Assembly: GCA_965285935.1 (NCBI GenBank)
Contig: OZ260665.1
Span: forward strand, 52,266,001 to 52,330,000
DNA from: Ophelia neglecta
Taxonomy: Eukaryota
Length of the DNA stretch: 64,000 nt
Direction: 5' to 3'
Positions 40,671 through 51,300 of this stretch are shown here, in pieces. Positions within the stretch are counted from its first letter, which is position 1, and each line of letters opens with the position of its first letter. Both the position numbers and the translations under genes were made by a program. Below the pieces are notes generated by a model, which did no database searches, was not told the origin of the DNA, and saw only the letters and a program-made list of their open reading frames with translations.

Positions 40671-41744
40671 GTAAGTCCACCAGACTAGCATAAAAATCAG
40701 CCATACCAAAACATCAATTTGCTTTCCCCTGTGTTATCCATTTCTGTTTGATTTCCTGTCCACAATGATGTGTTTTCCCCTGCGTATACCTTACAACACA
40801 CTACACAGCCTCCATTTCATCTCAAAGGTGCACTGTTTACTAGAATAGCTCCCAAATAATGTTATACTCTAGAGGTAAATGTATGCTACCATATTTTCAT
40901 ATGAAATAAAAAGTATGCATGTATATCAAGCTCATTCTACATGTACATGTGTGTTCTGTATGCTAGAATATGCTTCTACATGTACTCGCAGTGTATATAT
41001 TAATTTTGCATGCTGATAACAATATTTGATTGTTAGTTGCGTTCCCACAAGGTTTCTTTGCCATGATAAGAGTTTGTTTATATGGCTTCTAATTTCAGAG
41101 GGAAATATGAGGTGTCTGAGATTGCTTCATCTCAGGTACAGCAGCAGAAACAGTTCAATATCAGCTCAATCACACCCCTGACATTCATAAACACAACTCA
41201 CCCGCTCTTTGTTTATAAGGTTGCTAGATGATGTGTAAGAAATGTGGCCCAAAATTATTCCGAGTCACTTTCTTACAGTAAAACAAATACCAAGAGTTCT
41301 GCTGGGACCCATAGAACTGGTATATACAGCATAAAACTGGGACTTAATTTGTTGATGGGGTGTATTATGATCATTGGATGTTCTTCTATCACACGAAGCA
41401 TATGCATTTGTGTAATTGTGAGAAGAAAAGCCGAGCCGAGCTGTTGTTTTGGTATTAGAGATATATCAAAGCAGCATTTTGCCTACTCTGACAGATGCAT
41501 ATTGGACAGGATTATATAGAATTGGTGTCATTTGTCCCAGCTGATTACAGATTCATCATAAACACCACGCTGTGGGAATACTTTATTATTTCGCTCATCA
41601 TTGTTAGCTTTGATTAATGATTACAAAGCTGTCCCTGAGGAACAGCGGGATCGGAAGGGCCGAGGATCTCGACAGAAGACCTCTTCCTGTCATCATGGAC
41701 CAGTAATGATGTATCTGGGAAATAGAGACATCCATCATAGCGTA

Positions 41745-42055
41745 CTTATAGAGGAATCATGGCTTATTTACTGGGGGAAATGTAGATTATTTTGGGGGAA
41801 TTGTAGGTTATTTACTGGGGGAATCATAAGTCGTATACTCGAGGCTTCATCGGCTATCACTTGGGGAATATATAGATTATTTCTAGTGGAATTGTTGGTT
41901 ATTTGTTGGGGGAATTATAGGTTATTTCTAGAAGGAATCATAGGTTATTTTGTAAAGGAATCCTTTCGTTTTTACTAAGGAATAATAGGTTATATTTTTT
42001 GCATAATCCAAGGTTATTTCTTATGTTATTACTTGGGGGAATCCTATGTTGTTTT
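41745..42055. repeat. Degenerate tandem repeat, about 23-bp unit
   Basis: Recurring taggttattt(act)gggggaat(c/t)a motif; accounts for the repetitive part of ORF 41601-41978. Confidence 0.75.
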
Positions 42056-43340
42056 CTGCAGAAATTGAAGTTTAACATTTTCCTGGGAAATCTTGGAGAG
42101 GAGGGAGGGGGGTATGTGGGGATTTTATTTACTGTGTTGAATGGGGTACCATTTACTGTTGGAAATGTGATTCCTAAAATGAATCAGTGGCCATTAGTTA
42201 TTTTCAATTGATGAAATATTAATGTCAGCATATATTTTGGAATTGTTTTTTTATCAGAATTAATAATCGATAAACATTCTTTATCCCTGAGCCATTGAAA
42301 GCTAGTTGCTTCTGAACGTCCAGGGTGTTAACATGTGTAATAGCAATGTTTGCTGGAAAAATGGGTCATAAGGAAGGTTCATCATTTTTATGGCTAAGCT
42401 GTAACAAGTAAGCACATCCTCTGAGGAGTAGATGCTGAAACAAAGGCTAGTGTGGCTATAAATTCTAGAGTACATTATAAGACTTTCGTCTGACTTTAAC
42501 ACCTACAGTACATGTGTAATGGCTGTTCTGCTTAGAATAATACCGCTCTTGGTTTATAAGAGAATTGAAACATTGGCTAGCAAAGTACAATCTGTTGTCA
42601 GCAATATTGTGCCTGTTATTGGCACCTGCAGTGGTAATTATATCCTGGAAAATGATAAACTGCTTTTGTTTGACTTTAGGAGGAGAGTAACGAGGCAGCT
42701 AGACAAGCAATTAAGGCAAAAAACAAAATGAAAATTGCCAAAGTTTGCTGATGTTCAAAGATAACTAGTCTTTGAATGAGAGGGCTTGGTATTGCTTCCT
42801 GCAGAGCACTCAGTGTGTGTGTTTGGACAAAAAGTTGTATCCTCCATTTGAAGAATATTAGCCTTCCGAATGCGATTGCCACCATCATGTTATAAAGCTT
42901 AATGGAGCTTTCTATTTTGACAATGTTACTGTTGTCTCTCTTCCTGATACTGGCAAACCTTTGAGCAAGTAATCTGCACCAGTCAGAATATTTGTTACAC
43001 TAATGATTAATAAAGATTTAATATCTGTGGCCAACTGCTTCCGCATCACATGCTCAAGATCAAGATACTACTTCAGATCTACATGCTATAACTTTGTCAT
43101 CCACTCTTGTAATGAAATTGAAAGGCTTCATTGTAGTACTACTGCTTCCTGTGTTATATACTTCTGTCATACGAGAGTCTTGTGATAAAGAAGCCTTTGT
43201 TCAGATACTACTTTTTCAGACGTCCCTCACTTTCAAAACATCCTGCTGTTATCATCAGTTGGTCTTCCTACACACAGGCCACAGCTTGGATGTTATTTTA
43301 CAAGATGAAGGCGGAAAAAGAAAAGTGTACAAAACTCCTG

Positions 43341-43503
43341 TGGAAATCATTTGATTAGAGACATATATATATATACATGTATATTTGAACTATTACTATG
43401 TCTGAATAACAAGTCAGGCCTGGGGGTAGAAATCATTTGATTAAAAAATAGACGTGTACCTGTATTTTTGAGCTATTAATTTGTCTCAATAACAAGTCAA
43501 GGC
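43341..43503. repeat. Diverged direct duplication, 2 copies of about 80-87 bp
   Basis: gaaatcatttgatta...tttga(a/g)ctatta...tgtct(g/c)aataacaagtca occurs twice in tandem. Confidence 0.7.
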
Positions 43504-45948
43504 TATGACATTATGGAGCGTATTCACCTGCCGACAATAAGATTTATGTCATTCCTCATCAGCCAAGTCATCTGTCTTAGATTTTCCCCTTGCTGTTATT
43601 CTTCGGCACGCGATCTTTTCATCTAGAGAAGATTATTCTCCAACTCCATTTGGTGCCAGCCATTGCTATTGATTGCTGTAGGTTTGGGGTCTTGTGTAAC
43701 TTAGCCCCATCAGGTGGTATAGTGGTTTTGAGACTGGCCCCACATTTTAATGACACCAATAGCAGAAAGCATTCACTGTATTGATTGTATAATGTGATTG
43801 TGCTGTACAATTAGTGCAATTTTTCCTACCAACCTCTGATAAGCCCTTAAATCAATTTGATGGATGTTTAACAGGCAATTCTGATTGCAGTCCTATGTAT
43901 GCTTGTCTGCTCGGAAACTTACGATGAGACATGCCAGTACAGGCTTTACCCACCGGTAGATGCCATGGATGCCTCACAAATAGCATCACGCATGGGGTGC
44001 TCTCAGTGATGTTGTAAAGAAAAGACATCATAAATCAGATAAATCCTCTGTTTCTACATTGTCTAGAGCCATGCACAAGTCGAGTGCTGTCGTAGGATCC
44101 AAATTTACAGTCATCGGAGCTTTAATGATATTGGCCTTTGTCAAATGACCATGAATATGGCTCACCCTATCAGCCAAGCTTAGAATTTCAGTCTTTCAGC
44201 CGCTATGCATAAGGTTGTAAAAATGGTGAAGACTTTTTGTCCTCTACTCTCTGGTTGTGCTTTAATACGAGAACATGACAATATAACTGATGGAGTCAGT
44301 GTTGCATGTCACCCAAGTTGTCATGTGCATGATTATAGTAGCATGATGAAAAATAGTTAATTCAAATACTGAGATATGTTTTACTGCATTCATGAAAGTC
44401 AATTGAAAGACAGAAAAATGTCAGGACCCTTCCAGCGTTGATATATTGTGATCCCCGTGCAGAATATACAATGCGTCTCTGGGTTATGTAGCTGTCGGGT
44501 TTGCTTATCCCAGGCTTTCTTATGAATGCAGCTCATAAAATTGTCCTGTTGGCCTTGCCCAGCATTGTGGCATTACTTAATGCTCTCCATCTTGTCACTT
44601 TATATATTATACAACAGATAAATACTTCCATTCCTATGCATGTCTTGATGTAAATATCTCTGCGGCTTCTTGTTTAGTCTTTCCTAATGCATGTCATTTA
44701 ATGATGTAGGATTTTCTGAAAGTGCATCTTTGACAATTTCAGTGTCTTTCTCAATCTCCAAGTGTCAAGATTAAATGTGTATCTTCCTTCTTTGCATTGA
44801 GATTTATGCCATATAGTTTACATACCCTTACATGTATAGAAGTATAGAAGTTAAGAAAATATGAAAGACATTCATGAAGAGACTAGCTGTTTTAAGACAT
44901 ATTAGTACTAAATGTATGGATGTAGTAGACATTAAAGCTATTTATCATTTGAATAACAGTAGTGCTCATAATGTAAAAAGCATGATATGCAGGTGGTTTT
45001 CACTTGAAAGAGGCAGTCAATAGAACCAAATTGCTTGATCTGGCTTGTTATGATTCATTACACAGTTATATATCAATAATGCTCAATGGTGCGTCTCTTC
45101 CTTCGTTACTGTCAATGTGTTGGTACTGTGAGTTGTTGATATTGTTTTCACTTCCTTTTTAAACAGACCTTGGGAAAATTACACTTTGGCAAAAAATTTC
45201 AGGTATTGGCAGATGATTGTGTTGTAGCTTGTATGTAATCCCCAATGTTATTTAATAGAAAATAAAGTGCATTTAATATCTAATGTATTCATTTTTATAG
45301 CTGCCATGCACATTTATCAGGCTTAGTTAAGTGCACATGCATTCATAGTATTTTAATATTCGGTGATTATTAGGCTGCTAGTTACATACTTGTACATCAG
45401 TGTATTTTTTATTTAATTTTCATCCAAAAATTGTATTGTCATCAGTTGATAATGATTATGTAACCCTTCCATGTTTGGCCAGTTATTGATTGTATCCAGA
45501 TAAAAGAACAGGATGCTTACATATGTACATATTCAGTATCAGTTGTATTAACAAAATAAAATAATTGACCTTGAATTAATGACACAAACACATGAGCATA
45601 CATGTATTTTAGTTTTTACATGGCAAATGATTTGCTGCAGTGCATGCTTGTTGTTATGTTTTGTAATTGTTTGTTACTTTCTTGCAGCTGGTAGCCTATA
45701 CATTGTACACTCCTTGGTGCTATACTCTCCACTCTCACACCATCAGTTTACTTGCTGCTTTCTTTTACTTGAAACATATTGCTTTGCTATCTTCAACATT
45801 AACAACTACATTGAATTTCATAGATACTTATTTTTAGCGGCACTTTACATTTTAATTTAAACCCTGCTACAAACACAAGACTTACTTGGTAAATGTGTAC
45901 TGTGATGATTTGAAGAAATGAAAACACAAATATACTTATGTGTTGCAG

Positions 45949-46035
45949 GCTCCTGAAGGCGAGAGTCAGCCAAGCACAGAAGTCGATTTGTTTGTCTCTG
46001 TGGAGAAAATAATGATACTTAACACTGATCTCCAG
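45949..46035 (+). CDS. lin-10: lin-10/APBA PTB exon 2 (APEGESQPSTEVDLFVSVEKIMILNTDLQ)
   Basis: Closely matches the Mint/X11 APEGESQP.TEVDLF segment. Acceptor tgttgcAG, donor CAG|GTGAGg, 87 nt, phase 0-0. Not in the ORF track. Confidence 0.96.
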
Positions 46036-46248
46036 GTGAGGCTTTTTGATTTGTGTTCACAACAGGTTATCCAATAAAACTTTTCAGTAATAAGACTTCT
46101 TGAAGCTCTTTCAATTATTCAGCCAGCAATAGTATTTATGTGTTTTGGAGAAAAAAAAATCTTAAAAACTTAATAATATTAATCAAATTTCTCAACAGAT
46201 ATGAGTTTAAAGAATTGCTTTGATTTTTGTACATTAATATATCTGTAG

Positions 46249-46410
46249 GAGATCATGATGGACCATGCTTTGCGTACCATCTCGTACATAGCAGACATCG
46301 GAGACATTTTAGTGATCATGGCCAGACGCGGTCCTGTGACCAGCCCCACAGCAGACGGCAGAGTCAGAAAACAGTCGAAAATCTGCTGCCACGTCTTTGA
46401 ATCCGAAGAG
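46249..46410 (+). CDS. lin-10: lin-10/APBA PTB exon 3 (EIMMDHALRTISYIADIGDILVIMARRGPVTSPTADGRVRKQSKICCHVFESEE)
   Basis: Mint PTB signatures MMDH.LRTISYIADIG and CHVFES. Acceptor atctgtAG, donor GAG|GTAAGT, 162 nt, phase 0-0. Confidence 0.97.
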
Positions 46411-47689
46411 GTAAGTTTTTGCACTATTCCCAGAAAACAGGCATATAGTTTATTATACAATTGCAAAAAGGCAATCATTTTATTGCAGAAAGTCTTTGGT
46501 AGACAGGTAAATTAAAGTGGAAACGACAAACATTTCATAAATGTCTGTCCTAAAGAAAACTTGGGTTATAATGTAATTTGAAGTGTCTATCATTGCATCA
46601 GACGTCACTGTGTGTTTAGAGCCCCTGATATAACAGCAGATTGTTTCATGTTTGATTGTTGGAAGCATTTACCATCCTGCTGTATATACATCAATGTTAC
46701 CCATATCCTTGAGAAGAAAGTCATATAACAAGAGCTCCACTGGCAGAACTCAACCATATTGCATGGTAGGACATTTATATGGGAGATGGTATTTCTTTTT
46801 AAAGGTGCCTTGCTTTGCAGTTTCAATTTGATTTTGATTGTCTTTGGCATTCCCTGCAGAAATCTCAGTTATGTGAAATTGCTCTGGCCTTGACAGAAAT
46901 GAGAAACCACATAGCTGGGCTTAAGAAGCTGTTTTTTTTTTTATCAGAAAACTGCCAAACATCCTGCAATGAATTGAACACTGCATGGTATAAGATTTAT
47001 AATGAATTGTCAAGATAAGTCACCTGATCTCCTTGTTGAAGTCTTTGTTTGATGAATGCTGGTAATTCAGGTAGTTTTATTGTTTATACCTGGGTTGATG
47101 CTGTGTGAGTATTATCAGTCTGGCTCCACTCCAGACCCACACGGCTGGTGGGTAAGGTGACCTTTGATTGGGGCTGGACATGGAAGGTTCATGCGCACGG
47201 ACCTACAGCTGTCACTAGCAATCCTGCTCACAATTTGTCTTTTGTGAAAGCACAAGTCTGCAGTGGGCAGGCCTTAATATTCAATCTGTGTTTTTTTTCC
47301 CTGGATGAGTAAACAAGCAATCCCATTCGGCATTATTAAAGTTTCATGCTGCAGTAATTGTGTGCCTCTTTGGGAACTGCTGATGTGTGTAGGGTGTGCT
47401 GCGGTTATTAAGATATTTTCGTTCATGTACTAGATGTAATGTACAAAGTCTCATGTTTTAATATTAAAGTAGTCTCGCTCTACAATCCCCAAGCTATGGT
47501 AATCATATACTGCTATTCACCTTGCCGGTCAGTATATGAAGGTTGTTAAATATAAGTGGGGGCTGTTGGAGTCTCTGACTTAATATTGAAGGCAGTAGAG
47601 TACTTCAATGTTTGCAAGAGCGACATATACAAGTGGAGCTAGTCCAACAATTGTGTAAGCATTGTTTCCTTGAGCAGGAAACCATAGGC

Positions 47690-48358
47690 CTTGGTTAGAG
47701 CTGAGGATAGAGCCAGAGAGGTGGCTAAAGCCATACCCATGGCTAGAGCCAAAGCTGTGTCTAGAGCCAGAGCCATTGCTACAGCCAGAGCCGTTGCTAG
47801 AGCCAGAGCCATGGCTAGAGCCAGAGCTGAGGCTAGACCCATTTCCTTGGCTAGAGCCAGAGCCATGGCTAGGGCTCGAACAAAAGCTGTGGTTAGAGTC
47901 TTGGCTAGAGTCATGGTTTGAGCCAGAGCTGTAACTGGAGCCAGAGCCATGGCTAAAGCCATTCCCATGGCTAGAGCTAGAGCTGTGGCTAGAGCCAGTG
48001 TCTTGGCTAGAGTCATGGTTTGAGCCAGAGCTGTGGCTGGAGCCAGTGCCATGGCTAAAGCCATTCCCATGGCTAGAGCTAGAGCTGTGGCTAGAGCCAG
48101 TGTCTTGGCTAGAGTCATGGTTTGAGCCAGAGCTGTGGCTGGAGCCAGAGCCATGGCTAAAGCCATACCCATGGCTAGAGCTAGAGCCAGAACCATTGCT
48201 AGAGCCAGAGCCATGGCTAGAGCCAGAGCTTTGACTAGGGCCAGAATCGTGGCCAGAGCCAGACCCGGGCCTAGAACCGTGGCTAGTGCTGTGGCTAAAG
48301 CCAGAGCCTTGGCGAGAGCCATTGCTGCAGCCAGAACTGGGGCTATAGAGCCAGAGCC
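47690..48358. repeat. Hexamer-derived (AGAGCC/AGAGCT/GTGGCT) array with a 102-bp higher-order repeat
   Basis: tcttggctagagtcatggtttgagccagagctg at 47899, 48001 and 48103; produces the Ala-Leu and Ala-Arg low-complexity ORFs on both strands. Confidence 0.93.
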
Positions 48359-51300
48359 TGACCTTCTTTTCTTTCTTGTTTTTTTTTGTTGCTACAATTC
48401 CAGCAGTGATTCTGGTAAGGAATATGTAATTATCTCTTGATCATGGATATTTTTTCCTCAATCTGTCGCTTTGCTTGGAATCCTTCAGATGCTGATCAAG
48501 TAATCTTTGCTGATGGTCTTTGAACCTGTTTACATTTGTCTTGCTAAAAAAATTAGCTGCTACTAAAGATGGATTGAAAACTTGGGTGTAACAAAAATGA
48601 ATGTTAGCACACTCCAGCTTGTGATAAATTGTCTGCGTCTAGCTGGCATGTTTGTAGATGACAAATGATGTAATGGCTAAAGGACACTAATTGCCAGTCA
48701 GGCCTCTTCAAGTCCTAATAACAATTTCATATTAATTTCTGCACCTTGACATTTGTGTCATATCAATGATGAAAAAGTGCTTTTTGTGCAAAGATAAGCA
48801 TCCCTTATGACTGAAAAACTGTTATCTGGGTTTACTGCAAGATTAGACAGAGTTTATTAATCTTTATGCAACATTTATTATATTGAATAAAATGAATAAG
48901 AAACTCAAAAGAAGAAAGAAGAACTTTTTGCAAGCCTTTGTTTACTGCATTCAGTTTTCATGTTTGAAAATGGCAATGTCCCTGTATTTTCCTTTCTAAA
49001 GAACTTTATTTATACTTTATTAATTTGTAAATAACAAAATAAAATCCTTCAATAATGCTACTTATCCAGTGTTTACTTAGGTAACATAACATGCATGTGC
49101 TGATTTGCCATAATCTTAAATTGGAGTACAATAATTGCCCAGTAAAAATCTTGCCTGTAGCTAAATGCTTTAACCAATTATATGTGATGATTGATCAGTT
49201 GTGTACAACTGTACAATCGATTATGAAGTTGTCACTGTTTGACAACGCTACTATTAACATGGAAAAAATATTCTGAGAGCGCCTCAGCGTTGTCACCTTT
49301 GGAAATCTGCCCTATATAAATGATAGTGTTGATATAGGATTAGATATCCTGTGGGTAATGTGTGTTATTTACTGATGAAGAAACATGCTCCATGGTGTTT
49401 ATGTATATGTATTTTCAAATAAAGATTTGTGTACATGTACATGTATTATGGGATAGTTTTCTAGGACGTACATACCTCATAAACACAATATTATGGGTAA
49501 TTTCATTTTATTTCTGACCTTCAGTGCAGCAATAAACAGTATATGCCTGTCCAAGACATTGTATCTTGTCATTGTGCCGCTCACATGTACTTGTATTTTA
49601 TGTTGATGCAAAAAATTTGAAATTTCATTCAATTATAGTGATAGCCTTCATTCAAATTTGGAGGAAATCCTTAGGGTGATTAAAACATGTATGTAACAGG
49701 AAAAAATTATAAAAGCTAAGATAAATTATGAAACTATTTAAAGAAATCCTAACACATTGCATACCAAAGGATGATAAATATTTATTATAGCAATAATGAT
49801 GTGTTTCTCAGTGTAGGTTCTAGAAAGAGGTTTTCTTGGTTACTTGAAGTGACATTTGTAGTTCTAAATGCATCATGGCAATATCCTGTGTCCTGGCAAT
49901 AATGAAATATCAAAAGAGCTAAATCTACAGACAGCAGTAGCTATAAATGGCTGGTGCAATAAAGCACACTAAACTAAACAAAAATGACAGATAAACATCC
50001 TTCAGACTACAAGCCGAAAACTACAGTGCCACTGTTGTCTTTCTAATACTGCAGTGTTGTATCTTAAAACAGCGGAGAGAGACTCTCGTCCTGAGTAAGT
50101 CAGACAGACTGTGTATGCACTCCCTCCTGCCAGGGAAGATATCAATCTTATGGACATATAATCTGCCCATTACACTCCTATTTGGAAAGAAGTTATTCCC
50201 AAATTCAATATAATCATCTGCTATCTCATCATTGGAATAGGCACCGAGATAATTGTGCTTATTATCTTGAGTGGAGTTCCATGTGGTATTAAATTTGCTC
50301 CTTGCTCAATGAAAGTCATGATGAATGAGATAATTGAACTATTGTAAGGGAGATGTTTTTATAGCCTGGAGAATTCAATATTTATGTTTACTGTCTTTTG
50401 GCATTCTATATAGATATATATTGTTCCCATTTAATAATAAAACATAGCATGACTTTAGTACATTCCAAACTCAATTTCAGTAATAATGTTGACAAGTCAT
50501 GTCTGACATGAGACATGAATACTGCAATAGTCAGAGGAATATGGGTTGTCTCAGTCACCATATGGTCTTCAACATACATACACAAGATACTGACAGTATT
50601 GTTCACAATCCCTTTTAAAGCTAGCTGAGGCTTTAATGCAGACGTGTATATGCTAACCAGAATGTACATAGACATGCAGGTTTCCCCAGTGATTTTCCCT
50701 GTGAAACCTCTCTTTCAGATGTTGTGATCTTCGCCTGCTTAGACCATCCATTTCTTCTGTAATTACTGCTGCAAGACTGCATGCTCTCAAATAAAGTCAA
50801 TATGCCTGGCATTTTTCAGGTTCTTATCCTTCATTTGTCCAATTTCCCATTTGTTGCTGTGATATTTAACCCAGATCCTTAGTTATTGTGGTAGAAAATA
50901 AGCCAAGGCAGTCTAATGTGGGCAATTCTCCTAATAATTTATTTCCCGCAAAATCAATTTGTTATATTTAATTCATTAGCTAAGAGTCTGGTGTATGGTC
51001 CATTGCTCTCAGCTGGCCCTGTCCCCTACATGACATTTACCATGCAATTCCTTCAATTTAGATGTAAAACATTGGTCAGATGAGGGCAGTCGGCCTTTAT
51101 CAACACTTGCACAGGCTGATGTATCTGTCAATATTGAGCAGGATTCCTAGATCAAATTTCCTTGTTTTTTAATGAATTTTCTTTGTTTCTTGCCCAAGAT
51201 TATTTGAACAGAAACAAAGAGTGCCATCCATTATGAATGTATTAAAAAAACACTGACATGGATGATGTATGGCTGTTTGTCTTTAGCATCTGCAAAGTTA

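Larger units (their letters stand above)
2872..46410 (+). other. lin-10: Partial multi-exon gene, X11/Mint/LIN-10 (APBA family) PTB-PDZ-PDZ adaptor; CDS join(2872-2978,12983-13066,31663-32394,33765-33874,34585-34615,37572-37723,45949-46035,46249-46410); extends beyond both ends
   Basis: All eight exons have AG/GT boundaries and the phases chain without a stop (2|1, 1|1, 1|1, 1|0, 0|1, 1|0, 0|0, 0|0). The last three encode the recognisable Mint PTB sequence [17 protein letters not shown]...[13 protein letters not shown] / APEGESQPSTEVDLF / EIMMDHALRTISYIADIG...ICCHVFESEE. Confidence 0.93.

Noticed and set aside
41099-41135. AG...GT bounded 37-nt (or 35-nt) segment
   Set aside because: Not a multiple of 3; the 37-nt form has an in-frame TGA; donor gtacag is weak.
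42680-42715. Possible 36-nt phase-0 exon EESNEAARQAIK at the RIK/APEG junction
   Set aside because: Acceptor is good (ttgactttAG) but the only in-frame donor is a poor GC site (AAG|gcaaaa), and read-through stops 4 codons later. Worth a junction-read check but not supportable now.
47639-48322. 227-aa Ala/Leu-rich ORF (-) and Ala/Arg ORFs (+)
   Set aside because: Produced by a hexamer-based array that lacks stops in these frames; no domain or splice support.
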